Origin: an uncultured Gammaproteobacteria bacterium
Lineage (GTDB): Bacteria; Patescibacteriota; Patescibacteriia; XYB2-FULL-38-15
Reading direction: 5' to 3'
Length of the DNA: 64,000 bases
Assembly (NCBI GenBank): GCA_965231095.1
Contig: OZ246416.1
Coordinates: 436,380-500,379, forward strand
Shown here: positions 9,371 to 18,058 of the stretch, one piece after another
Position numbering within the stretch: the stretch's first letter is position 1
How the letters are laid out: the number at the start of each line of letters is the position of its first letter
Notes under the pieces: generated by a model
Seen by the model: the letters and a program-made list of their open reading frames with translations, nothing else
What the model was told of the DNA's origin: nothing
Database searches by the model: none
Made by a program: the position numbers and the translations under genes

Positions 9371-10036
9371 TTACAAATATTTTTCCCAAACTTTCGGCCA
9401 AGGAAGTTCAACCGTTTCCGATTTTTCACCAGTAGCGGAAGTAAAAGAGAGCGAGGCGGAAAAAAGCGCGATGGATTTATCGGCAAGCGGTTCGGGTGCG
9501 CCGTATTTTATGTCTCCCAAAATCGGGTGGTTGGCTGAAGCAAGTTGTGCCCGAATTTGATGCGCCCGGCCTGTTCCCAATTTTATTTTTAACAAAGAAT
9601 TTTTGTCTCCAACTTTTTCCACTTCCCAAAAAAGTTCTGCCCGCTTTGTCCCCGGCATTTCCCGATTAAAAACCTCCACTAGATTTTTCTTCTCATCTTT
9701 TTTCAAAAAACTCACGATCTCACCTTCCGCTTTTTCCATTTTTCCGGCCACAACCGCGTAATAATATTTTTCCACGCTTCGTTCGCGCCATTGCGCCGAA
9801 AGCCGTGAAGCGCCCTTGCTTGTTTTTGCGAAAAGCACCACGCCGCCGACCGGACGATCAAGCCGATGGACGAGCCCCAAAAAAACATTTCCCGGCTTTT
9901 TATATTTTTCTTTCAAATATTTTTTTACTTCATCCATCAAATTCGGATCACCGGTTTTATCTCCTTGCACCAGCATTCCCGCTGATTTTTCCACTACGAT
10001 TAAATGATTGTCCTCGTATAAAACATTCAACTTCAT
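9371..10036 (-). CDS. RluA-family RNA pseudouridine synthase
   Basis: LYED, HRLDRPVGG and GTGRAHQIR motifs. Confidence 0.92.
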   Translation of the reverse strand: MKLNVLYEDNHLIVVEKSAGMLVQGDKTGDPNLMDEVKKYLKEKYKKPGNVFLGLVHRLDRPVGGVVLFAKTSKGASRLSAQWRERSVEKYYYAVVAGKMEKAEGEIVSFLKKDEKKNLVEVFNREMPGTKRAELFWEVEKVGDKNSLLKIKLGTGRAHQIRAQLASANHPILGDIKYGAPEPLADKSIALFSASLSFTSATGEKSETVELPWPKVWEKYL

Positions 10037-10899
10037 ATGTTCCACCGAGCAAAAATTCCGCAAGGCAAAAGCCGGCCACCTGCCTCGAGAATCGTCAATT
10101 CCCCGGCTTCAAGCGTTCCGCCATATTTTTCTACCAGTGGCAATAAATTATTTTTGTAAGCCATAGCGGAATATCCCGAAGCGTAACCGTTGATTAAAAA
10201 AAATAACGGCTTGTCGGAAAGTAATTTAAAACATAAATCAATCAATTCTAAAAAATTATCTTCAATTTTCCAAAGTTCGCCGCCCGGACCATGGCCAAAG
10301 GCCGGCGGATCCAAAACAATTCCGTCGTAGCGATGGCCGCGTTTTATTTCTCGTTTTACGAATTTCACCGCGTCTTCCAAAATCCAGCGGATTGGTTTTT
10401 TATCAAGCTTTGATAATGTCGCATTATCCCGCGCCCAAGTAATCGCGACTTTTGATCCGTCCAGGTGGCAAACTTCCGCCCCGGCCGACGCCGCCGCGAG
10501 CGTTGCCCCACCCGTGTAGCCAAAAAGATTAATCACGGAAACTTTTCTTTTTTCCTTGCCGACTAAATTTTTAATCCACTCCCAATTTCCAACTTGCTCC
10601 GGAAAAATTCCCAAATGTTTAAAGGTTGTGGGCTTTATCCAAAAATCCAAACCTGCCAAATTTATCTTCCAGCGGCCGGGCACTTCACGCCCAATTTTCC
10701 ATTCTGCTGACTCCGCGCTTCGCTTAAATTCTCCATCAATTTTTTTCCACGCCGCCACATTTAATTTCGGCCAAAGCGCCTGCGGATCCGGGCGCGAAAA
10801 AACAAACCGCCCGTAGCGTTCCAATTTCTCTCCCTCCCCGGAATCAATAAGTTCGTAATCAGTTGAGGGTTTGGTTTTTAGGATTATATAGTCGGACAT
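10033..10899 (-). CDS. Class I SAM-dependent methyltransferase (RlmI/COG1092-like)
   Basis: NLFGYTGGAT and LDPPAFG motifs; its stop overlaps the next ATG. Confidence 0.85.
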   Translation of the reverse strand: MSDYIILKTKPSTDYELIDSGEGEKLERYGRFVFSRPDPQALWPKLNVAAWKKIDGEFKRSAESAEWKIGREVPGRWKINLAGLDFWIKPTTFKHLGIFPEQVGNWEWIKNLVGKEKRKVSVINLFGYTGGATLAAASAGAEVCHLDGSKVAITWARDNATLSKLDKKPIRWILEDAVKFVKREIKRGHRYDGIVLDPPAFGHGPGGELWKIEDNFLELIDLCFKLLSDKPLFFLINGYASGYSAMAYKNNLLPLVEKYGGTLEAGELTILEAGGRLLPCGIFARWNI

Positions 10900-10920
10900 G
10901 TTAATTGCGTAACTTTAATT

Positions 10921-11030
10921 TGAAGACTTCTCGGTGCCGGAGCGGCCGCAACGGACGGAACGGGGACTAGGCCAAATCTTCGCCCGCGAGTTCAAGGGAA
11001 AGGTTGGGTATAAAACCCAAACCTTCCCTT
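10921..11030 (-). repeat. GC-rich structured element directly 3' of tRNA-Gln
   Basis: Hairpin aagggaaggtttgggt/acccaacctttccctt (15 of 16 pairs including G-U), followed by a gaagatt..agtcttc-bounded GC-rich segment. Confidence 0.5.
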
Positions 11031-11103
11031 GGCTCCGGGACTTGGATTCGAACCAAGATAAGCAGCTTCAAAGGCTGCTGTCCTGCCATTAGACGATCCC
11101 GGA
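11030..11103 (-). tRNA. tRNA-Gln(TTG), CCA encoded
   Basis: Reverse complement: TCCGGGA..GCAGC CT TTG AA GCTGC..GGTTCGAATCC..TCCCGGAG CCA. Confidence 0.95.
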
Positions 11104-11159
11104 ATAATTGAATAAAAAAACACAGACTTTTGACTTGTCTGTATTTTATCTTTTTTCTT

Positions 11160-12074
11160 TTAAACTTTCAAGTACCGGCCAACCGCCAGGGTACTGGTCA
11201 CCATATTTAGAAGCACGACGCCGACAAACTGCCACCCGAAAATCTGTAAAAAATTATTTGAAAAATACCCGAGCAAGTTGAATTCCGAGCCGCCGAAAAA
11301 TCCGGCGAGGTATGGCTCGGCAAAACCGATCGCGGGGTATGTAATTAAAACCGTGAAAAGCACGGCGAAAATTCCGTAAAAAATTCCGCTCGCGACGTAA
11401 GGCGCCCGGACAAACCAATTGGCCGCGCCGACAAGTTTCATTACCCCGATTTCCTCGCGATGCGTGTAAATTGTCATCCGGACCGTATTAAACCCAATCA
11501 AAACCGCAATCACGGCAAAAAGTCCGGCTACGCCAAAACCGGTTGTCTTAGCTTTTTCCGAAATAGAATCGATTTTTTTAATCACCGCTTCGTGGTCTTC
11601 AAAATTTTTCTCTTGAATAATGCTCTCGTATTGCGCGTCGTCAAAAACTTCCAAAATTTCCGGGTAGTCGGCGGTGTCATGTGCCCGAATTACGAGCGTC
11701 GCGCCCAAAGGATTCTCCCCCACCTCTTCAAGCGATTCTTTAATCACCGCGTCGTTGGCATGTTTTTTTTCAAATTCCCGAAGCGCCTCTTCCGGCGAAA
11801 CGTAAACCACGTCTTTCACCTCGGACAAACTCAAAAGATATGATTTAATATTTCCAATCTCGCTTTCCGCCACTCCCGGCTTGAAATAAATACTGACATC
11901 AATTTTATTTTCCACTTCCGCCACCGCGGTTTTCGTCAAAAAATTCAAAGTGATCAAAAAATTTATGGAAACTAAAGTCAAAACTAAAACCACGATCGTG
12001 GCCGTGGAAAGCCAAAAATTTCTCCAAAAATCCTGCGAAGAGAATTTTAAAATTTTGAGTAACGCGGAAAACAT
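11160..12074 (-). CDS. ftsX: Cell division permease FtsX
   Basis: Four-TM FtsX layout; NTVRMTIYTHREEIGVMKLVGA; follows ftsE. Confidence 0.92.
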   Translation of the reverse strand: MFSALLKILKFSSQDFWRNFWLSTATIVVLVLTLVSINFLITLNFLTKTAVAEVENKIDVSIYFKPGVAESEIGNIKSYLLSLSEVKDVVYVSPEEALREFEKKHANDAVIKESLEEVGENPLGATLVIRAHDTADYPEILEVFDDAQYESIIQEKNFEDHEAVIKKIDSISEKAKTTGFGVAGLFAVIAVLIGFNTVRMTIYTHREEIGVMKLVGAANWFVRAPYVASGIFYGIFAVLFTVLITYPAIGFAEPYLAGFFGGSEFNLLGYFSNNFLQIFGWQFVGVVLLNMVTSTLAVGRYLKV

Positions 12075-12077
12075 AAT

Positions 12078-12758
12078 TTACAATACATATTTTCCCACTT
12101 CCTGATCGCTGATAACTATCCCCTGCTCAAGCGTGACAACTCGGCGCCGCAGAGAATTTACCAGCTCGCGATTATGGGAAACTAAAATAACGGTCGTGCC
12201 AAACTCATTTATTTTTAAAAGCAAGTCGGCGATTTCTCTTGTGTTTATGGAATCCAAATTCCCTGTCGGCTCATCAGCCACTAAAATTTTCGGCCGGTGA
12301 ATAAGAGCGCGGGCAATGGCGACTCTTTGCTGTTCGCCGCCGGAAACTTGCCGCGGATAGCGTTCAGATTTTTGATCCAAGCCAACAATCCTTAAAACCT
12401 GCGGAACGATTGTTTTTATTCTGTGCGACGGCGTGCCGCAAACTTCCAGAGCAAAAGCGACATTTTCAAAAATAGTTTTCTTCGGCAAAAGTTTAAAATC
12501 CTGAAAAATAACTCCTATCTGCCGCCGAAGTGTCGGCATTTCCGAACGCCTAATTTTCGTAATATCCCAATCCCCAACTAAAATTTTCCCGCGGGTCGGG
12601 CGCTCTTCCGCGGTCAAAAGTTTTATAAGCGTCGTTTTCCCGGTTCCGGATTGGCCGACAATGGAAACAAACTCTCCGGCGTCAATTTTTAAATTAACAT
12701 CCGCAAGAGCCGTAATGTTTGGAGGATAAATTTTTTCTATGCCTCGAAACTCAATCAT
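12078..12758 (-). CDS. ftsE: Cell division ATP-binding protein FtsE
   Basis: GQSGTGKTT, IFQDFKLL, SGGEQQRVAIARA, ADEPTGNLD. Confidence 0.95.
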   Translation of the reverse strand: MIEFRGIEKIYPPNITALADVNLKIDAGEFVSIVGQSGTGKTTLIKLLTAEERPTRGKILVGDWDITKIRRSEMPTLRRQIGVIFQDFKLLPKKTIFENVAFALEVCGTPSHRIKTIVPQVLRIVGLDQKSERYPRQVSGGEQQRVAIARALIHRPKILVADEPTGNLDSINTREIADLLLKINEFGTTVILVSHNRELVNSLRRRVVTLEQGIVISDQEVGKYVL

Positions 12759-12809
12759 ATTAAATCATTATACGCAATTCCTTGAAAAATGCCAAATATA
12801 AAACTGGCA

Positions 12810-12838
12810 TTGATTTTTATTCTAAAATATCTTAGAAT
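12810..12838 (+). promoter_or_regulatory. Sigma70-type promoter for the tRNA-Gly/tRNA-Thr pair
   Basis: TTGATT, 17-nt spacer, TAGAAT. Confidence 0.6.
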
Positions 12839-12861
12839 TAGATTAATATTTACAAACAGAC

Positions 12862-12932
12862 GCGGGATTAGTATAGTGGCAGTATGCGACCTTCCCAAGG
12901 TTGAGGCGCCGGTTCGATTCCGGTATCCCGCT
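12862..12932 (+). tRNA. tRNA-Gly(CCC)
   Basis: GCGGGAT..CGACC TT CCC AA GGTTG..GGTTCGATTCC..ATCCCGC T; no encoded CCA. Confidence 0.93.
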
Positions 12933-12954
12933 TTTGAAACTTGGCGCAATCTTC

Positions 12955-13027
12955 GCCGACGTAGCTCAGCTAGCAGAGCAATGCTTTCGTAAAGCAGAGG
13001 TCGTGGGTGCAAATCCCACCGTCGGCT
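12955..13027 (+). tRNA. tRNA-Thr(CGT) with atypical D and T loops
   Basis: GCCGACG..TGCT TT CGT AA AGCA..GTGGG TGCAAAT CCCAC CGTCGGC T. Confidence 0.88.
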
Positions 13028-13032
13028 TTTCT

Positions 13033-13064
13033 AAAAAGATCTTCACCTATCGAAGGTCTTTTTT
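13033..13064. terminator. Bidirectional terminator
   Basis: aaaagatcttc acctatc gaaggtcttttt between converging units. Confidence 0.7.
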
Positions 13065-13068
13065 GATT

Positions 13069-14094
13069 TTAAATTTTAACCAATTGCCAAATTTTCGCCT
13101 TTTCTTTTTCTTCCTTCAAAAAATCTTCCAAACTTTTTGTCTTAATTAAAATATGGCTGGCCCGCACCTGGCTCACTTCGCCGTTATCATCTTTTATCTC
13201 ACCCGTCACTTTTATAATATGATAACCATAATCCGTTAAAACCAAACCGCTCACTCCCCCGGCTCCAAGAGAAAACGCGGCCGCCTCAAACTCCGGAACC
13301 ATAACTCCTCTTCCAAAATAATTCAGATCACCGCCATCCGCCGCGGACGTATCTTCACTATATTCTTTTGCCAAATCTTCAAAACTTTTTTCTCCTTTTC
13401 GAACTTCCGCCAAAACACCTTCCGCTTTTTTCTTCGCCTCCTGATTCAACGTCTCGTCTTTAGAAATAGCCTCCTGTAATTTTTGCTGGATAAGATATGG
13501 TTTTAAAACTTTTTCTTTAAATTCTTCAATTCCCCAGCCGTATTGATCTCTTAGAGCTTTTTCAACATTCTCTATGGATTCGCCTTGGTCCACAATATTT
13601 TGAACTTCTTTTTTCAAATCTTCATCGGAAATTTTTATGCCATATTTTTTTGCCAACTGATCTGAAAGTTCATTGTTTACGAGCCGATCCAAAACTTGTT
13701 TCTTCATTTCTTTTTCGTCCGGAATCGCCGCGCCCAAATCCTCGCCTTGGCTCGCAAAAAAAGTCTTTAAAGTTTCCACGTCATCAATATAATCTGAATA
13801 TCTAACCATCCGCCAATTCACCAGCGCCGCCGGGTATGGCGCGACTTTGGTAATTTTTTCTACCACCTCACCCTTCCAACCAAAACGATAAATCCCCACG
13901 CCAAAAATAACCGCGGCTAAAATTATTACTCCGAGCACGCCAATAAGAAGACCGAGAAAAAATCTTTTTAAGCCTCCTCTTTTCTCCCCAACCGGCATCT
14001 CCCCACTTCCCGCAACTTCCGGATTAGTTTCAAAAATTTCCGTTTCGTCGATTTCCATTTCTTTCTCCTGATTTTCGTTTAAGGTTGAATCCAT
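13069..14094 (-). CDS. PrsA/SurA-like parvulin peptidyl-prolyl isomerase
   Basis: FEDLAKEYSED, GGDL.YF, MVPEFE.AAF, YGYHIIK; one TM anchor. Confidence 0.9.
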   Translation of the reverse strand: MDSTLNENQEKEMEIDETEIFETNPEVAGSGEMPVGEKRGGLKRFFLGLLIGVLGVIILAAVIFGVGIYRFGWKGEVVEKITKVAPYPAALVNWRMVRYSDYIDDVETLKTFFASQGEDLGAAIPDEKEMKKQVLDRLVNNELSDQLAKKYGIKISDEDLKKEVQNIVDQGESIENVEKALRDQYGWGIEEFKEKVLKPYLIQQKLQEAISKDETLNQEAKKKAEGVLAEVRKGEKSFEDLAKEYSEDTSAADGGDLNYFGRGVMVPEFEAAAFSLGAGGVSGLVLTDYGYHIIKVTGEIKDDNGEVSQVRASHILIKTKSLEDFLKEEKEKAKIWQLVKI

Positions 14095-14110
14095 AAAATA
14101 AATTTATTAT

Positions 14111-14506
14111 TTAACTTTTAAAAAAATAATTCCACCACTTTTGGGGATTGCTAAGATTCTTATCCTCGGAGGCGGCGGCGTTTTTCCCCTCACCATTTTC
14201 CCGAGCCGCATTCGCCCCGGGAACAATCACAACCGACTCTCCGGGTTTTTGTAGATTAAATTTCAACCGAGCTTCTTGCTCCAAAAAATCATCCGTGCTT
14301 AAAAAATCCAAAAAATTTTCCAGTTCACCGTCTTTTGCCTCAAGTCGCGCGATCTCGTCTCCCGCTTCCCTGATTTCATTATCAATTTCCCGGCTTTCCA
14401 AAAATTTCTTTCCAAAAGAAAAAATCAAGAATCCCAAAACAATCACACCTAAAAACAAAAAAAGCTTTGAAGAGACAATTCGCTTGACACTTAATTCTTT
14501 CCTCAT
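14111..14506 (-). CDS. Septum formation initiator (DivIC/FtsB family)
   Basis: TM helix, coiled coil, EQEARLKFNLQKPGE. Confidence 0.8.
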   Translation of the reverse strand: MRKELSVKRIVSSKLFLFLGVIVLGFLIFSFGKKFLESREIDNEIREAGDEIARLEAKDGELENFLDFLSTDDFLEQEARLKFNLQKPGESVVIVPGANAARENGEGKNAAASEDKNLSNPQKWWNYFFKS

Positions 14507-14519
14507 AATCGGAAATGAT

Positions 14520-15248
14520 TTACTCTCCAATTATACCATTTTTGGAAATTCGGGTCGAGCGCTCCTCGGTTTGGCCAATATTTTTTATTTCTTCAAGCCT
14601 TTTGAGTTTCATCTCACGCATTTTGTTTCTAATCAAGATGTCAATTTCTTCAAGCTGCCTTTCGTCAAGATCAGTGATGTTTTCCTTAATAATTTTAAAT
14701 TCTTCTTTATCGGGCGGCGCGATAGACAAGTCCGGCGTGCCATCCGGTTTCCGCCGCGCGGGATGGAGCAGGTCGGAAATCAACTGCTGCGTCTCTTCGG
14801 GCGCGCGAACATTTTTTATTTCAAGGCCAATATCCGTGTCGGCAATTTGAATTCTGACATCTCCATAGCGAAAAATTGTCTGCCAAATTCCTTTGCGGCG
14901 ATGGGACACATCTTTAATTTCTGAAAAATCCGCCTCGGAAACAACACGCGAAAATATTCCCCGCTGATCAATATCAATCACTCTGCGATTTGTGATAATA
15001 AAACAATTATAATACCAAAGTACAAAAATTCTCGCGGCATAAAATACGCCGAGCAAAATCAGCAGAAGAAAAAGCCCCACGCCCCAGGAGCCCCACTTAA
15101 AAAGCGGGAAAATAAAAAAGAACGGCGCAACAATTAAAAATATCGCCGCCAAAATTTTCGGCCAAAGTGTCAGCCCAAAATGCCGGACCACGGCGACAAT
15201 TTCCTCGCCGGCCTTAAGACTTACTCTTCTTACGATAGACTCGTCCAT
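14520..15248 (-). CDS. Membrane protein with a bacterial PH domain
   Basis: Two TM helices, then IITNRRVIDIDQRGIF..YGDVRIQ. Confidence 0.75.
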   Translation of the reverse strand: MDESIVRRVSLKAGEEIVAVVRHFGLTLWPKILAAIFLIVAPFFFIFPLFKWGSWGVGLFLLLILLGVFYAARIFVLWYYNCFIITNRRVIDIDQRGIFSRVVSEADFSEIKDVSHRRKGIWQTIFRYGDVRIQIADTDIGLEIKNVRAPEETQQLISDLLHPARRKPDGTPDLSIAPPDKEEFKIIKENITDLDERQLEEIDILIRNKMREMKLKRLEEIKNIGQTEERSTRISKNGIIGE

Positions 15249-15314
15249 ATTTTATAATTTTATCACCACGCAGTCCATTGCAACATTCGCAAATTATTAG
15301 CAAGCATTCGTATA

Positions 15315-16688
15315 CTAATTCGCATGTTTATTTATTTCCACCATTGTTTTCAGAATATCCCGCACTTTTTCCCGGTCGTCCCAGGGAATTTTTTTGTTGT
15401 TGGCCACACAAATCGCCTGCTCCGATCCTTTGCCGGTAATAATCACCAGATCACCTTCGCGCGCGAGACTTAAAGCTTTGGCGATTGCTTCGCCACGATC
15501 TAAAATTTTAAATAAATTTATATTTTCCACCTTGCCTGTTGCCCCAACGGCTACCTGTTTTATAATTTCTTCCGGATTTTCATCGTATGGATCTTCATTC
15601 GTAATAATTATAATGTCAGCATTTTCCGCGGCAATCTTTCCTAAAATCGGTCGGCGAGATTTATCGCGCCCGCCGCCGGCTGAACCTAACACATGAATAA
15701 TCTTGGAATTAGGAATTATAAATTTTGAATTATGAATTGTTTCATATAGTTGCCTCATGGATTCTGGCTCGGGAGCATAGTCCACGAGCACCTTAAAATT
15801 CTGCCCTTCGTTAATAAATTCCATCCGGCCAGGAACTCCGGAAACTTTTTCCAATGCGCCAGAAATCACCTCAAGTGACAAACCTTGCGATAAACCGACC
15901 GCCGCAGCCGCTAACGCGTTATAAACATTAAACTCGCCAAGAAGATGAATTATGAACCGTGAACCGTGAACTGCAAACAGTGAACCAGCCGAGTTCAACT
16001 CTACATTTTCCGCTTCCACAATTTTAGAAGTTGGGGTTTGGAATTTATTTGGGATTTGCAATTTTGAATTTGTAATTTTATAACCGTATTTTTCGTCCGC
16101 CGAAAAACTCGCAAAATATTCCGCATACTCATCATCCAAATTTACCACACTCACCTTCGGCACAACCTTTCCATCAATCACTTTCTCCGATTTTGCCGTC
16201 AAATGTCGGAAAAATTTTCCCTTGGCTTTTTTATAATTTTCAAATCCCCCGTGGGCTTCAATATGCTCCGGAGTTAAATTGGTAAAAACCGCCACGTCAT
16301 AATTCACACCCAAGTGGCGGAATTGTTCCACGCCCTGCGATGAAGTCTCAATCACCGCATATTTACACCCGACGCGTACCATCTCGCGCAACATTTTTTG
16401 CAAAGCAAACCGGCCGAGCATGGTCATCTTTTTTTTATTCAAATATTCCTCGCCGGCGATTTTAAAACCAACCGTGGAAGTCGCGCCGACTTTAAATCCC
16501 GCGCCCTCAAACATTTTGGCGATCAAATGCACGGTCGTTGATTTTCCGTTCGTGCCCGTCACGCCGATCACCACCATTTTATTTGACGGAAAACCATAAA
16601 AAATATTCGCCGCCAGCGCGAGCGTCTTATGATACCATCGAAGCAAAAATCCGGGAATAAATTTTTTGATTAATTCTTTTATATTCAT
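15315..16688 (-). CDS. murE: UDP-MurNAc-tripeptide synthetase MurE
   Basis: GVTGTNGKSTT, ETSSQG, FTNLTPEH, GRME, GKGSE; contains three repeat-derived in-frame segments. Confidence 0.9.
   Translation of the reverse strand: MNIKELIKKFIPGFLLRWYHKTLALAANIFYGFPSNKMVVIGVTGTNGKSTTVHLIAKMFEGAGFKVGATSTVGFKIAGEEYLNKKKMTMLGRFALQKMLREMVRVGCKYAVIETSSQGVEQFRHLGVNYDVAVFTNLTPEHIEAHGGFENYKKAKGKFFRHLTAKSEKVIDGKVVPKVSVVNLDDEYAEYFASFSADEKYGYKITNSKLQIPNKFQTPTSKIVEAENVELNSAGSLFAVHGSRFIIHLLGEFNVYNALAAAAVGLSQGLSLEVISGALEKVSGVPGRMEFINEGQNFKVLVDYAPEPESMRQLYETIHNSKFIIPNSKIIHVLGSAGGGRDKSRRPILGKIAAENADIIIITNEDPYDENPEEIIKQVAVGATGKVENINLFKILDRGEAIAKALSLAREGDLVIITGKGSEQAICVANNKKIPWDDREKVRDILKTMVEINKHAN
15703..15737. repeat. 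7-nt tandem array in frame within murE (encodes IHNSKFIIPNSK)
   Basis: ttggaat taggaat tataaat tttgaat tatgaat. Confidence 0.8.
15944..15985. repeat. 7-nt tandem array in frame within murE (encodes SLFAVHGSRFIIH)
   Basis: gatgaat tatgaac cgtgaac cgtgaac tgcaaac agtgaac. Confidence 0.8.
16024..16076. repeat. 7-nt tandem array in frame within murE (encodes ITNSKLQIPNKFQTPTSK)
   Basis: ttagaag ttggggt ttggaat [ttat] ttgggat ttgcaat tttgaat ttgtaat. Confidence 0.75.
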
Positions 16689-18055
16689 TTTATCTTTTTT
16701 ATTTCTTTCAAAAACTGATCCCCTCGGTCAAATTCGTTTTTAAACATTCCAAAACTCGCGGCAGACGGTGATAAAAGCACTACATCACCGCGCGTGGCAA
16801 ATTTATGCGCGATTTCCACGGCTTCACGCATGCTGCGGACGACGGTAATTGGTAATTGGCCCGCCTCGCCTCGACGGCGAGTCGAGGCTGGGTAATTAGT
16901 AATTAGTAGTTGTTTTTGAAGTTTGGGTGTCGCAGTGCCAGATAGAAGTATAACTACTTTAGTATATTTTTTAATCACTGGCGCCAAATTTTTAAAATTC
17001 AAATTTTTATCGGCTCCGCCGCAAATCAAAATAATTTTTTTCTCACCAAGGGCATGGAGCGCGGCAATTGTCGCTTCGGGCATGGTCGCGGTTGTATCGT
17101 TATAAAATTTTACCCCGCGAACCTCGCGCACAAATTCCAACCGGCCGGGCGCCCCACGGAAATTCTCTACGGCTTTTTTAATCCGCGCCATGGACAATCC
17201 TAAAATCTTCCCCACTGCCACGGCCGCGGCAACATTTTCCAAATTATGTTCTCCTAAAATTTTTAAATTCCACCCGCGCGGGACATCACTCGCCGAAAAC
17301 CAAATAACTTTTCCCGCGGCACGCTTAGCCATTTTTTTACACCACGCACAATTTTTATTCAAAACCAAAAAATCATTTTTTGTCTGATTGGCAAAAATCG
17401 CTTCTTTATCGCGAACATATTTTGCCATGTTGTTTTTGTAATAATTTTGATGATCGGGAAAAATATTTGTCACTACAGAAATTTCTGGACTGATTTTTAA
17501 ATCTCGCCAACCCTGGAGTTGCCAACTTGATAATTCCAAAACCGCCAAATCATTTTTTTTTACTTTATCCAAAAGCGGGAGCGTCGCCATACCCCGGACG
17601 TTGCCGGCAAAGTATGTTTTTTTACCAGTCGCCCGCGCAATTTCATAAATTAAATTTGAAGTTGTGGTTTTCCCTCGCGTTCCCGTAATACCAATTATTT
17701 TACAACCCGCCTCACGGCCAAACAACGCATCATCCATAAAAATCTGCACACCATTTTTTTTGGCTTCAGCGATAAACGGCGAGTCAAGCGGCACGCCCGC
17801 GGCCTTGAAAACTATATCAACATTTTTAAAATCTTCCAGTTGATGTTTCCCCAAAATAAACTTCACCGGACGCGCCCCCTTTTTATTTTTCAAAAAATTT
17901 TTTATTTCCAAAACTGACGGCGCCAAATCTTTCGCGCTTTTTAAATCGGTCACGGTCACCCTTGCACCTTTTCCCACTAAAAATTTTACAACCCCAACTC
18001 CTCGGCCCAAAAGGCCAAGTCCCATCACGGTTATTTTTTTATCTTTAAAATCCAT
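16685..18055 (-). CDS. murD: UDP-MurNAc-L-Ala:D-Glu ligase MurD
   Basis: GITGTRGKTTT, LELSSWQL, NDTTAT, GGADK, LLSPSAASFGMF. Confidence 0.93.
   Translation of the reverse strand: MDFKDKKITVMGLGLLGRGVGVVKFLVGKGARVTVTDLKSAKDLAPSVLEIKNFLKNKKGARPVKFILGKHQLEDFKNVDIVFKAAGVPLDSPFIAEAKKNGVQIFMDDALFGREAGCKIIGITGTRGKTTTSNLIYEIARATGKKTYFAGNVRGMATLPLLDKVKKNDLAVLELSSWQLQGWRDLKISPEISVVTNIFPDHQNYYKNNMAKYVRDKEAIFANQTKNDFLVLNKNCAWCKKMAKRAAGKVIWFSASDVPRGWNLKILGEHNLENVAAAVAVGKILGLSMARIKKAVENFRGAPGRLEFVREVRGVKFYNDTTATMPEATIAALHALGEKKIILICGGADKNLNFKNLAPVIKKYTKVVILLSGTATPKLQKQLLITNYPASTRRRGEAGQLPITVVRSMREAVEIAHKFATRGDVVLLSPSAASFGMFKNEFDRGDQFLKEIKKIK
16844..16911. repeat. 7-nt array (ggtaatt) interrupted by a 33-nt palindromic insert, in frame within murD
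   Basis: ggtaatt ggtaatt gg[cccgcctcgcctcgacggcgagtcgaggctggg]taatt agtaatt agtagtt; stem gcctcgac/gtcgaggc. Confidence 0.85.
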
Positions 18056-18058
18056 ATT

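Noticed and set aside
12755-13149. Short ORFs over the tRNA-Gly/tRNA-Thr region
   Set aside because: They overlap clear tRNA genes.
14148-14924. 258-aa plus-strand ORF
   Set aside because: Antisense to the divIC-like and PH-domain genes; F/S-rich shadow composition.
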